From positions 172,154 through 236,153 of the forward strand of contig DEQS01000105.1 of the NCBI GenBank assembly GCA_002360555.1: a stretch of 64,000 nt of DNA. The letters run 5' to 3'. Shown here piece after piece: positions 1 through 9,043 of the stretch (its first letter is position 1; each line of letters starts with the position of its first letter). Position numbers and translations under genes: made by a program. The notes under the pieces were generated by a model that saw only the letters and a program-made list of their open reading frames with translations, had not been told where the DNA came from and did no database searches. This DNA is from Chloracidobacterium sp. UBA3360 (lineage in GTDB: Bacteria > Acidobacteriota > Blastocatellia > Pyrinomonadales > Pyrinomonadaceae).

Positions 1-4
1 AGAC

Positions 5-31
5 AAAAAAAATGTGTCAATGACACATTTT
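5..31 (-). terminator. Rho-independent terminator downstream of tRNA-Ala
   Basis: Hairpin aatgtgtc/gacacatt (11-29) with a 3-nt loop. Read on the minus strand it is followed by a T8 run (A8 at 5-12 on plus). It lies 16 nt past the tRNA 3' end. Confidence 0.65.
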
Positions 32-46
32 AATTGATAAAAGAAA

Positions 47-123
47 TGGTGGAGACGAGGGGGGTCGAACCCCTGACCTCTGCAATGCCATTGCAGCGCT
101 CTGCCAAACTGAGCTACGTCCCC
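47..123 (-). tRNA. tRNA-Ala, anticodon GGC, CCA encoded
   Basis: The reverse complement GGGGACGTAGCTCAGTTTGGCAGAGCGCTGCAATGGCATTGCAGAGGTCAGGGGTTCGACCCCCCTCGTCTCCACCA folds as a 77-nt cloverleaf. It has a 7-bp acceptor with the Ala identity pair G3:U70, anticodon loop AT-GGC-AT, T-loop TTCGACC and discriminator A73. Confidence 0.93.
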
Positions 124-130
124 AATCAAG

Positions 131-193
131 ACGAATTACGAATTATAAATTACGAATTACGAATGAGCAAATAACCCGTCTCTAATTCGTAAT
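131..193. repeat. AT-rich stuttered repeat with inverted partner (acgaattacgaat x2 plus attcgtaatt)
   Basis: Direct copies of (t)acgaattacgaat occur at 131-143 and 151-164. The inverted copy attcgtaatt is at 184-193. The element lies between the tRNA and the stop of the enoyl-CoA hydratase gene. Confidence 0.6.
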
Positions 194-198
194 TGAAT

Positions 199-978
199 CT
201 AACTGCCTTTGAATTCCGGCTTACGCTTTTCTAGAAACGCTGAAACGCCTTCTTTTTTGTCCTCTGTTGAGAAACAGATCGCAAACAGATCAACCTCACG
301 GCGGAGGCCTTCGTCGAGATTTGAACGCGAAGCAAATTTCACTGCCTCCTTAGATAGCTGCAACGCGATGGGGGCTTTTTCGGCGATCTTTTCGGCAAGT
401 TTCATGGTCTCTGCCTCAAGCTGATCGCTCGGATAGACGTGATTGACGAGGCCAAACCTCTCAGCGGTCGCGGCGTCGATCATGTCGCCGGTCAGAACCA
501 TCTCCATCGCACGGCCTTCGCCGACGAGACGCGGCAGACGCTGGGTGCCGCCGCCGCCGCACATGATACCTAGGTTTATCTCAGGCTGTGAAAAACGGGC
601 ATTTTCGCTTGCCATACGCAGATCGCAGGCCATCGCCAACTCATTACCGCCGCCGAGACAAAATCCGTTTACCATTGCGATCACGGGTTTGGGAAACGTA
701 TCGATCGAATTAAAAAACGAGCGTTCGTGAAATGTGTTTCGCTGTGTAACCGGGGTTTGCCCCTCAAACTCACTGATGTCTGCCCCTGCGATAAACGCCT
801 TTTCGCCCGCACCGGTTATCACCAGCACACGGATACTGCCATCGCTGCGCAGTTCATCCAACGCGGTGACGCCCTCTGCGTGCACCTGCGAACTAAGGGC
901 ATTCAGCTTATCGGGACGGTTGATGGTCAGGACGGCTACCTTGCCGCGTTTTTCGACGGTTATTGTTTCGTACGACAT
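199..978 (-). CDS. Enoyl-CoA hydratase/isomerase (crotonase) family protein
   Basis: 259 aa. N-terminus VEKRGKVAVLTINRPDKLNALS and the oxyanion-hole region FIAGADI ... GGGNELAMACDLR are typical crotonase-fold signatures. Confidence 0.88.
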   Translation of the reverse strand: MSYETITVEKRGKVAVLTINRPDKLNALSSQVHAEGVTALDELRSDGSIRVLVITGAGEKAFIAGADISEFEGQTPVTQRNTFHERSFFNSIDTFPKPVIAMVNGFCLGGGNELAMACDLRMASENARFSQPEINLGIMCGGGGTQRLPRLVGEGRAMEMVLTGDMIDAATAERFGLVNHVYPSDQLEAETMKLAEKIAEKAPIALQLSKEAVKFASRSNLDEGLRREVDLFAICFSTEDKKEGVSAFLEKRKPEFKGS

Positions 979-1075
979 ATAATTTATTGCAGATTATTGC
1001 AGAAGCCCGTACGAGGTAATGGCATCATCGGTGTTACGCGATACCCATACTTCGTGCGGGCTTCTGCCACTGATC

Positions 1076-1456
1076 TTATTCGTTGACGCCTTCGACTATG
1101 TTGTCATCAGCGATCCATGCCACAAACAACCGCAACCAGCTTTCCTTCGGCTCTTCGATGGCAACACCGATGCGGTGCGTGCCATAGCTAGCCGGCAAAA
1201 CGCGGACGACCTGCGCCTTGACCTCGACCGGAACACCATTTGGCCGGTGCGAGCGGATGTAAAGGCTGTCACCGTTAGCGATAGGTTGATTTAATTGAAA
1301 GAGGGCTCCGAGCGTTGAGATATCGTCGGTTTCGGTCGGTTCGCTCCAGGTCGCGCCGTCCTCGGTCCTGCCTGACACCACAATAGGCAGGCGGAGGGCC
1401 ATTCTGAGGGCAAACCTTTTTTCCTCAAAATGAGGTTGGATGGAGCTCATCGCCAA
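1076..1456 (-). CDS. Stand-alone PilZ domain protein (putative c-di-GMP receptor)
   Basis: 126 aa containing both PilZ signature motifs: RxxxR (KRFALR) and D/NxSxxG (DISTLG). Confidence 0.7.
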   Translation of the reverse strand: MAMSSIQPHFEEKRFALRMALRLPIVVSGRTEDGATWSEPTETDDISTLGALFQLNQPIANGDSLYIRSHRPNGVPVEVKAQVVRVLPASYGTHRIGVAIEEPKESWLRLFVAWIADDNIVEGVNE

Positions 1457-1689
1457 TTCCTACAAGGGGTCTAGAAACACGGTACGTGAAACAACATTGT
1501 AACACGAAACCCTTTAACGTGTTACCGTTACCGTCTGAAAACAAAATGTGGAAGGGGTAAAAAAAATCGGGCGGCTTTAAGGGCCTCACGGCTACAAAAT
1601 ACCTATTAGACGAACCCGCTAGACGATAGTTATACTATAAGCAAAGGCGAAATCCAAAGCAGTTTGGTGCAAACGCCTATAGTAATTTT

Positions 1690-2688
1690 ATGAGCGAAAA
1701 GCAGATACGTCGCAAAGTTGTGATTCTCGGCTCGGGACCAGCAGGTTTGACCGCCGCTGTCTATGCCGGACGGGCTCAGCTTGAGCCACTCGTCATTGAC
1801 GGACCTCAACCAGGCGGCCAGCTTACCATCACGACCGACGTCGAAAATTACCCCGGCTTTTCTAAGGGGATAATGGGTCCGATCCTGATGGATGAGTTTC
1901 GCGAGCAAGCTCTGCGGTTTGGCACCGAGATCATCAATGTCTGGATCGACCGCGTTGACCTAACGCAGCGGCCATTTACACTTTTGGGAAAGGAAAGCGA
2001 AGACAGCACAGAGATCACAACCATCATTAAAGCCGACACACTTATCGTTTCGACCGGTGCATCTGCAAAATGGCTTGGTATTCCCGGCGAGGCTCCTGTG
2101 CCGGAGGGTTTGGGCGGCAATGGTGTCTCGGCGTGTGCGACGTGCGACGGGTTCTTTTTCCGCGACCGTCCGCTCGTCGTGGTCGGCGGGGGCGATACGG
2201 CCATGGAAGAGGCTCTATTTCTGACTAAATTTGCGTCAAGGGTTACGCTTGTCCATCGCCGTCACGAATTTCGAGCGTCCAAGATCATGCAGGACCGCGT
2301 GCTAGCCCATGACAAGATCGACGTGATGTGGAACACCGAGGTGCGGGCGATCAACGGAACAAAAGAAGCGGGTGTCGAAAGTGTCACGCTTTTTAACAGC
2401 GAGACTAACGAAGAAAGCACATTCCCGACGCAGGGAGTTTTTATTGCCATCGGCCATCAACCGAACACGGGCCTTTTCAAAGGCGTTCTCGATATGGATG
2501 ATGTCGGCTATCTCATCACCGAGGGCAAAACGATGCGGACCAATATCGACGGAGTTTTTGCCTGCGGCGATGCACAGGACGCGTATTATAGACAGGCGAT
2601 CACCGCCGCAGGAACCGGTTGTATGGCTGCGATCGACGCAGAACGCTTTCTGGCCGAACACGAAAGCGAAACAGCAACCGCCGCCTAA
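1690..2688 (+). CDS. trxB: Thioredoxin-disulfide reductase
   Basis: 332 aa. FAD motif ILGSGPAGLTAA, redox-active CATCDG, NADPH motif VVGGGDTAMEEA, C-terminal GDAQD. Confidence 0.93.
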   Translation: MSEKQIRRKVVILGSGPAGLTAAVYAGRAQLEPLVIDGPQPGGQLTITTDVENYPGFSKGIMGPILMDEFREQALRFGTEIINVWIDRVDLTQRPFTLLGKESEDSTEITTIIKADTLIVSTGASAKWLGIPGEAPVPEGLGGNGVSACATCDGFFFRDRPLVVVGGGDTAMEEALFLTKFASRVTLVHRRHEFRASKIMQDRVLAHDKIDVMWNTEVRAINGTKEAGVESVTLFNSETNEESTFPTQGVFIAIGHQPNTGLFKGVLDMDDVGYLITEGKTMRTNIDGVFACGDAQDAYYRQAITAAGTGCMAAIDAERFLAEHESETATAA

Positions 2689-2691
2689 GAG

Positions 2692-3288
2692 TCAATTTTT
2701 TATTTGTACTGAACCCTTAACGATCTCCGCATTCTGAGGGGTTTTTTCGACGCGATTGGGGTCAAAACCCATTGTTTCAGCTCGCCTCAGAATTGTTTGA
2801 TAGGTCGCGGTATTCATTTCAGGTGATCGGCTTAAGATCCAAAAATAATCTCTGCCGGGTTCGCCGATCACGCTGTAGCTGTAGTCCGGTGCAATATCTA
2901 TCACCCAATAATTTGCCCAAACGAACGGAAGAAACGATGTAAATCCCGGAGCAAAGCGCACCTTGAGTTTCGCGTTATTGGATTTGTCGCCTATCTTTGC
3001 CTCGCCTACCGCTTTTACAGTAGTGCCGTCCTTCTTAACGCACTCATTTAGTACCTCGATGCGTCCATTTTTCTTAAGGGTGTAGTTTGCGGTCGTATTC
3101 GCAACGCACTGTTTTTGAAAGCGATTAGGATATTTCGCGATCTCGTACCAACGTCCCGCGTAACGTTCAATGTCAATCCCGTTGACGGGCGATAATGCCG
3201 GTTTTGCGGTTGATTGCGCCGACACCGAGTTCATAAAAATAGATAAGGCCAGAATCGCAAATATGTTTACTAAATAATTTTTTTTCAT
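2692..3288 (-). CDS. blc: Bacterial lipocalin (Blc-like), secreted
   Basis: 198 aa with an N-terminal signal peptide. The lipocalin motif YAGRWYEIAKYPNRFQKQC is present, with length and layout like Blc. Confidence 0.82.
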   Translation of the reverse strand: MKKNYLVNIFAILALSIFMNSVSAQSTAKPALSPVNGIDIERYAGRWYEIAKYPNRFQKQCVANTTANYTLKKNGRIEVLNECVKKDGTTVKAVGEAKIGDKSNNAKLKVRFAPGFTSFLPFVWANYWVIDIAPDYSYSVIGEPGRDYFWILSRSPEMNTATYQTILRRAETMGFDPNRVEKTPQNAEIVKGSVQIKN

Positions 3289-3393
3289 AAAGTCTCCTGA
3301 TCACCGTCGCTATACCAATTCGCCATATTACCCGGATCGGATTTATGGATTATAATATTAGATGAGATCAATTTGATCCGGGTTCAAGTTTTT

Positions 3394-3696
3394 ATGCCTA
3401 TCTACGAATATAAATGCCAGCAATGCGGTTTGCATGTCGAGAAACGCCAAAGCGTCTCTGACGCGCCGTTAACGGCCTGTGAAAAGTGTCACGGAAAACT
3501 CGAAAAGCAGTGGTCGCTGTCGGGATTCCAGTTCAAGGGCGAAGGTTGGTACGTGACCGACTACGCCGGAAAAAAAGGGAAAATGGAAAAAAGTTCGAAC
3601 TACGAATCAACGCCAAAGCCCGACTCTGCATCAAAACCTGCAAGCGAAACAAGTTCCACAGTAAAAGAGACTGTTTCTAAGCCAGACAAAGCATGA
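3394..3696 (+). CDS. FmdB-family zinc-ribbon protein (CxxC...CxxC) with Ser/Thr/Pro/Lys-rich tail
   Basis: I moved the start from the ORF-track 3373 to the Met of MPIYEYKCQQCG. This is the canonical FmdB/CxxC_CxxC_SSSS N-terminus; the second pair is CEKC. Its stop overlaps the next start (ATGA at 3693-3696). Confidence 0.75.
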   Translation: MPIYEYKCQQCGLHVEKRQSVSDAPLTACEKCHGKLEKQWSLSGFQFKGEGWYVTDYAGKKGKMEKSSNYESTPKPDSASKPASETSSTVKETVSKPDKA

Positions 3697-4601
3697 CCCT
3701 TGGCCGCAAAACATATTTTTTTGCAATAGTTTGCACGCTTTTTCTAGCTGGTGTAGTTACCGCACAATCGCGCCGTAATGCAAAAGGAGATGCAGCCACC
3801 GCCGGGACGGTCCTGTCTGTCGTTGCGTCAAGACAGGACAAAAAAGCCGATATCATCCGGCCTGAAAATCTCAATCTCTACGAAAACGGCATCGAGCAAA
3901 AGATCAAAAATTTTAGCTACGACCCGAGCCCGTCAAAGATAGTTATCCTCATAGATAATTCCGAGACGCTGCAGATATCCGTCGAGGCGATGAAAAAGGC
4001 GGTGATGGAATTTGCCTATGAGATATTTGAGGGTGACCAGCTCTTTGTGCTCGCTTACGACACACACGCCGAGATAATCCAGGAATGGACGGACGACGCC
4101 AAAAAGATGGAGGTGTCGCTCGGCACGCTCAGAAAAAAAGGCAACCCGTATCTCTTTGATGCGATCAGCTCAACACTAAGTGAGGTGCTTATACCGCTGA
4201 TGCCGGGGACGAGGAAAACAGCCGTTGTCCTCATCAGTGATGGATTGGACCGTGGCAGCAAAACGCCTTATGACAAAATGCTAAACGAGCTGCAGGAGCA
4301 GAACGTGACGGTCTATTCGCTCCAGATCCCCGACCGCTCCGGCGGAGCATACCGCCGCGACCAACCCAAAGCCAAGGTGATAATGAATCAGCTTGCCGAG
4401 GAAACCGGCGGCCAGGTTTTCCCGTTTGAAGAAGCGTCGACCGCCGCCAAATTTATCTGCGACGAGCTTCGCAAAAACCGGTATTTACTCTCGTACACCC
4501 CCGCAAACGCCTCAAGCTACGACGCCCGCCGTCTGCTACTGATCGGCGACGAAGGCATCACGCTCCGCACAAAGACCTTTCAACCGCCAACTGTAAAGTA
4601 A
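3693..4601 (+). CDS. Secreted von Willebrand factor A (vWA) domain protein, acidobacterial VWFA-related type
   Basis: 302 aa with a signal peptide. It has a YENGIEQKIKNF pre-domain followed by a MIDAS-like VILIDNSETL, and a vWA-length fold. Confidence 0.65.
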   Translation: MTLGRKTYFFAIVCTLFLAGVVTAQSRRNAKGDAATAGTVLSVVASRQDKKADIIRPENLNLYENGIEQKIKNFSYDPSPSKIVILIDNSETLQISVEAMKKAVMEFAYEIFEGDQLFVLAYDTHAEIIQEWTDDAKKMEVSLGTLRKKGNPYLFDAISSTLSEVLIPLMPGTRKTAVVLISDGLDRGSKTPYDKMLNELQEQNVTVYSLQIPDRSGGAYRRDQPKAKVIMNQLAEETGGQVFPFEEASTAAKFICDELRKNRYLLSYTPANASSYDARRLLLIGDEGITLRTKTFQPPTVK

Positions 4602-4678
4602 CCGCTTAACCCCGAAATTTTCGTTGACCCTGCGTCATTCACGCGATAAAATCCATTGTATTCACGGAGGTTAATGCG

Positions 4679-5137
4679 ATGTTGGTGCTGAGGTCTGTTC
4701 GTTGGTTCGTCCTATCGGCGATTGTCTTAATGCTGCTCGGTGTCCCCGCTACGGCTCAAAAGCCTGTATCCCCAACGGGTAAAGTTAGCGTGTGCAAAGA
4801 GATCGACGACGACTGGAAGTGCGTCGGCGAATCAGCCGAGTGGGCGGCAAATACTAATTTTAATGTGCTCTTTGTAAATTCCGTTCCGGTAGGCGTCGAT
4901 TTTATCGGCATTGTTATTCACAAGGTTGGGGCGGATGGAAAGGATATTGATTTCATCAATGAATACCAACAGAACATCGGCGAGGAAAACCGCAAATACG
5001 CTACGGTTGGTGACAATTTCAGACTACCATCTGGCACCTACAGCATTTACATCATTACTTGGGGAAATCGTGAGACGATGATCCACAACGGCAATTTTAA
5101 AGAGTATCTTGCGAAAACTATCCTGAAAGTTAAATAG
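4679..5137 (+). CDS. Hypothetical secreted protein
   Basis: 152 aa with a clear signal peptide (LMLLGVPATAQ). No recognisable family. Confidence 0.5.
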   Translation: MLVLRSVRWFVLSAIVLMLLGVPATAQKPVSPTGKVSVCKEIDDDWKCVGESAEWAANTNFNVLFVNSVPVGVDFIGIVIHKVGADGKDIDFINEYQQNIGEENRKYATVGDNFRLPSGTYSIYIITWGNRETMIHNGNFKEYLAKTILKVK

Positions 5138-5148
5138 TTGGATACTCT

Positions 5149-5994
5149 CTATACCGCGACGGGAGCAGCGATCTTTCCCCATGATTGATAGTTTTCTAAT
5201 TTCAAATTTTCAAATTTGAAATTGAGCAATCCGTCGAGCCCGCTTAGAGCATCCGCATCCACAAATTCCAATTTAGGCAACGCCATCGGCTCACGCGAGA
5301 GTAGTTCATTGACCTGTTCGACGTGGTTGCTGTAAATATGCAGATCGCCGAACGTATGAACAAAATCGCCGACCTCAAGCCCACAAACGTGGGCAACGAG
5401 ATGTGTGAGCAGAGCGTAGCTGCTGATATTAAACGGCACACCTAGAAATGCGTCAGCCGAACGTTGGTATAGCTGGCAGTGAAGCGTCGTGCCGCCCTCG
5501 ACCTTAAACTGAAACAGCGTATGACACGGCGGCAGGGCGACATCGTCGCACACACGCGGATCCCAACCGGAAACGAGCAATCGACGCGAGTTTGGATTTT
5601 CGGTGATCTCGCGTATCAACCGTGCGATCTGATCTATGCCGTTCACTTTCGGATAATCACCGCCAAATGACCGCCAAAGATATCCGTAAACCGGCCCGAG
5701 ATCGCCCGTTTCACGGCCAAATCTGGCAGTTTGCTCACCGGTTGCCCACTCAGCCCAGATATCGACACCGCGTGCGTTAAGGTCTTTTTCATCGGTCGAA
5801 CCGCTCAAAAACCAAAACAGTTCCTCAGCGACCCAGCGAAAAGGCACACGTTTTGTCGTCACGATCGGAAAACCTTCGCGCAGATCAAACCGCGTTTGAT
5901 AACCAAACGTCGAGATAGTGCCCGTGCCCGTTCGGTCTTCGTGCCTCACGCCCGAGTCTAGTATGTGCTTTAGCAGATCGTGGTACTGCTTCAT
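5149..5994 (-). CDS. thyA: Thymidylate synthase (ThyA type)
   Basis: 281 aa. MKQYHDLLKHILD..G..R.DRTGTGT, the catalytic PPCH in LPPCHTLFQF, and DLGPVYG.QWR-like motifs. Confidence 0.95.
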   Translation of the reverse strand: MKQYHDLLKHILDSGVRHEDRTGTGTISTFGYQTRFDLREGFPIVTTKRVPFRWVAEELFWFLSGSTDEKDLNARGVDIWAEWATGEQTARFGRETGDLGPVYGYLWRSFGGDYPKVNGIDQIARLIREITENPNSRRLLVSGWDPRVCDDVALPPCHTLFQFKVEGGTTLHCQLYQRSADAFLGVPFNISSYALLTHLVAHVCGLEVGDFVHTFGDLHIYSNHVEQVNELLSREPMALPKLEFVDADALSGLDGLLNFKFENLKLENYQSWGKIAAPVAV

Positions 5995-6689
5995 GGTTTA
6001 GTAAGTTCCATTTCGACAAGCATATTTGTTTCATCGACCTGCAGTCCGATCATGTTAGAACCAGCACTTCTTAATGCTCGCGCGAGTTGGTCGAGGTTCG
6101 TGAACGTCATATTTTTAGCAAAGCTGATCAAAACTGTCGTTTCTGCCAGCCCATTTTTCCTACGGTCCTGAAATATCTGTTTCAAATGCTGTTCGAGTTT
6201 TGATGTGTTCGGAAACGAGCCTTCTTTTTCCCCGTTCAGAGAGATGCCGGATGTCGCATCAACACTGACCACAAGGGTCAAAGGGTTAGGTCGTGGAATT
6301 GCGTTTGGGTCGAGCTTTTTGGGAATAAAAATAGTGAGGTCCGCGTCAACTTCGATCCTTAGATCCGCTTTCGGCGAAATGCGGAGCGCGTTAATTGCCG
6401 CCAGGATATCCGCGATTTTCGCATCCTTATCAGGCCGGACAGCAAAAGATGGGTTCAGCGGGCTTTTTGCGGACTGATTCGCAAAACTACTGAGCATTTC
6501 CGGAGTAAAGAGCCCCAATCCGGACTTTCTACGGACAACAACCCCTGCCAATCCCAACGGAGTTACAGTAACCTCGAATTCAAAATCTGACTGTTGATTC
6601 GGGACCGGCTTTTTACCGCCCGGTTGTGCATTTACAAATGTAGCCAATAACAACATGCACGCAGTAACGGCGAAATAACGAGTTCTCAT
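5991..6689 (-). CDS. Secreted protein with ExbD/TolR-like periplasmic-domain similarity
   Basis: I moved the start to the Met at 6689 (MRTRYFAVTACMLLLATFVNAQ, a signal peptide) preceded by GGAGAA. The ORF-track N-terminal extension to 6869 is basic and non-signal-like. The C-terminal half (TTVLISFAKNMTFTNLDQLARALRSAGSNMIGLQV) resembles the ExbD fold. The stop overlaps the thyA start (ATGA). Confidence 0.55.
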   Translation of the reverse strand: MRTRYFAVTACMLLLATFVNAQPGGKKPVPNQQSDFEFEVTVTPLGLAGVVVRRKSGLGLFTPEMLSSFANQSAKSPLNPSFAVRPDKDAKIADILAAINALRISPKADLRIEVDADLTIFIPKKLDPNAIPRPNPLTLVVSVDATSGISLNGEKEGSFPNTSKLEQHLKQIFQDRRKNGLAETTVLISFAKNMTFTNLDQLARALRSAGSNMIGLQVDETNMLVEMELTKP

Positions 6690-6758
6690 ATTTTCTCCTT
6701 CAATGTCTGACGTCGCAAAGTTGTGGAACTTTCGACATAAAGTTACCATAAATAGCTT

Positions 6759-7229
6759 ATGTCGGGGAAACTTGAGGTCAGTTTTAACTCGCCGCAATGC
6801 GGATGGATGTCGATCGGCTTTGACGATGGCACAAGTGAATTTCACACGACGACGGCTCATGCTCCGCACGCGACTGCCTTGCCTGAATTGATGCAGATTT
6901 TGACAGACCTTGTGTCCGAGTCCGATGCACCGCGTGAACGCACGTTAAGATGGAACCGCGACCCGGAAGAGTTTGATTTTCGCTTTGTCCGCGAGGGCGA
7001 CAAAATGCTGTTGCAGATATACCAGTACCCGACCGACGACCGCTCGTTTGCCGAGCGTGAGCTTGTCTTTACACATCTGGACATGGCAGATAATGTATTC
7101 AGCGCTTTTGCGACAACATTTGAACAACTATATGCCGATCGCGAAACCGACGAATTTGAGTTCAACTGGCGTCAACCGTTTCCGTTTGCTGAGTACACAG
7201 AATTTAAGGAAAAAATGGAACGCGGATAA
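6759..7229 (+). CDS. Hypothetical cytoplasmic protein
   Basis: 156 aa, acidic, with no signal peptide and no recognisable motif. Confidence 0.45.
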   Translation: MSGKLEVSFNSPQCGWMSIGFDDGTSEFHTTTAHAPHATALPELMQILTDLVSESDAPRERTLRWNRDPEEFDFRFVREGDKMLLQIYQYPTDDRSFAERELVFTHLDMADNVFSAFATTFEQLYADRETDEFEFNWRQPFPFAEYTEFKEKMERG

Positions 7230-7316
7230 AAGCGGATGGGGCAGATTTTCACGGGTAAATAATTTCAGATCCGTGCTGATCAGCTTGATCTGATAGATCC
7301 GCGTTCTATTATTTTA

Positions 7317-8312
7317 ATGAAAGAGAAACTTTTAGACCTATTGGCATGCCCGACCTGCGGTGGCGATATTTTGCTGGCTTACGCGAGCAAATACGACGAC
7401 CGCGAGATCATCGAAGGCGTGCTGACGTGTAAGAAATGCGACCGCGAATATAAGGTCGTTCGCGGCGTGCCGCGTTTCGTCGACCTCGGCAAGATCGAGG
7501 AAGACAAGGCCGCGACAGCAGAGAATTTTGGCTGGCAATGGACCAATTTTACCCAAGAGGATCCAAAATACAACGAACAATTTCTCGGCTGGCTCCAGCC
7601 TGTAAAAAAGGAATTCTTTGAAGGGAAAGTCATTCTCGAAGGCGGTTGCGGAAAAGGCCGGCATACAAAACTCGCCGCCGAGTGGGGAGCCGCAGAGGTT
7701 GTCGGCATCGACCTCGGCGACGGCGTCGAATCGGCATTTGCGTTGACCCGCGATATGCCAAATGCTCATATCGTTCAGTGCGACATATTCAAACTGCCGC
7801 TAAAAAAGGCTTTTGATTACGCATTCAGCGTCGGGGTTCTGCATCACACGCCGGACCCGAAAAAGGCGTTTCTGTCGCTCGCCGGTAAAGTAAAAAGCGG
7901 CGGCCACATTTCTGCGTGGGTGTACGGAGCTGAAAATAATGAGTGGATCACGCGGTTCGTCGACCCTGTCCGCACGGGTTTTACATCACAGATCAGCCAG
8001 CCGATCCTGTATCAACTGTCGAAACTACCTACACTGAGCGTATTTTTGACGACCAAACTTATTTATCGCCCGCTAAACAGAGCCGCAAAAGGCGTCGCAA
8101 ACAAGCTTTTTTACAACGAATATCTCAACTACCTTGGCACGTTTGGCTGGCGTGAACAGCACAATATAGTTTTCGACCATCTCGTCGCCCCGACGGCGTT
8201 TTATATAGCAAAGGACGATTTCGCCGGATGGTGGAACGAGATCGCCGCCGAGGACGTTAGAATAACGTGGCATAATGAAAATAGCTGGTGTGGTTTTGGA
8301 ACGATAAATTAG
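7317..8312 (+). CDS. Trm112-like zinc-ribbon fused to class I SAM-dependent methyltransferase
   Basis: 331 aa. The N-terminus LLACPTCGGD...LTCKKCDREYKVVRGVPRF is a Trm112p-like module. SAM motif I ILEGGCGKGRH follows. Confidence 0.75.
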   Translation: MKEKLLDLLACPTCGGDILLAYASKYDDREIIEGVLTCKKCDREYKVVRGVPRFVDLGKIEEDKAATAENFGWQWTNFTQEDPKYNEQFLGWLQPVKKEFFEGKVILEGGCGKGRHTKLAAEWGAAEVVGIDLGDGVESAFALTRDMPNAHIVQCDIFKLPLKKAFDYAFSVGVLHHTPDPKKAFLSLAGKVKSGGHISAWVYGAENNEWITRFVDPVRTGFTSQISQPILYQLSKLPTLSVFLTTKLIYRPLNRAAKGVANKLFYNEYLNYLGTFGWREQHNIVFDHLVAPTAFYIAKDDFAGWWNEIAAEDVRITWHNENSWCGFGTIN

Positions 8313-8384
8313 CCACCGATTTCACAGATAAGCACTGATAAAATATGTTTTTCTTAAATCTGAGTTTATCCGTGTAATCGGTGG
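8313..8384. repeat. Long imperfect hairpin immediately after the stop codon (probable terminator)
   Basis: ccaccgatt (8313-8321) pairs with aatcggtgg (8376-8384). The arms continue imperfectly inward (cacagataa / ttatccgtg). Confidence 0.55.
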
Positions 8385-8397
8385 CGAATATTTTCTT

Positions 8398-9036
8398 ATG
8401 AAGTTTGATCGTGGAATAGACAAAAAATACCGCAAATCGGTCGAGGACGCCTTCGAGACGATCGTCGCTAAGGGCAACGATTTTCATCGCCACATGATGA
8501 ACGAGATCATTGAATCGGATCTGCTCGTTCAGGTGCTGCCGGTCAGCAAAGTGAATGCTTCGGGTATTACCGGCGTCATCAATTCGGTCAAGACCAATTA
8601 CAAGCTTGCGACCGAACGGCTGAGTTTGCGCGAATCACTGGGCGAGATATATATCGCCATTGCTGAGGAAACGATCGACACCGGAGGGCAGCGGGGGTGC
8701 GAAGGGACATTTGTTCACGAAGGGCGTCACGCTTACGATTTTGCCCAGACGCTGGAAAGCCTGTCGAACGCGGATATGAACCCCATTGGCATCTTTAACC
8801 CAACGCTGTATGAGCTCGAATGGGAGGCACACAAAACCGCGGGCGATTATATGCTGTGCCGCGACGAAAAGGATTTTATTGACGAGGGGCTGCAATTAAT
8901 GATCCTCTGCCAAGCGGACGGAAAATGCTCGGTCAGCGATGACGGCATCATGAAAAGATTGAATGAAAGCTACGGTCTAGATCTCAAGGGCAACCCGGGT
9001 TCGCTCGCGAGCGAGATGATGGGGCTGAGGGTATAA
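8398..9036 (+). CDS. Hypothetical protein with a single HExxH motif (possible zinc metallopeptidase)
   Basis: 212 aa with no signal peptide. It contains FVHEGRHAYDF (HExxH) but has no other recognisable family features. Confidence 0.45.
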   Translation: MKFDRGIDKKYRKSVEDAFETIVAKGNDFHRHMMNEIIESDLLVQVLPVSKVNASGITGVINSVKTNYKLATERLSLRESLGEIYIAIAEETIDTGGQRGCEGTFVHEGRHAYDFAQTLESLSNADMNPIGIFNPTLYELEWEAHKTAGDYMLCRDEKDFIDEGLQLMILCQADGKCSVSDDGIMKRLNESYGLDLKGNPGSLASEMMGLRV

Positions 9037-9043
9037 TAGCAAT

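Noticed and set aside
6690-6869. N-terminal 60-codon extension of ORF 5991..6869.
   Set aside because: The extension is basic and non-hydrophobic. The internal Met at 6689 has a GGAGAA RBS and begins a textbook signal peptide.
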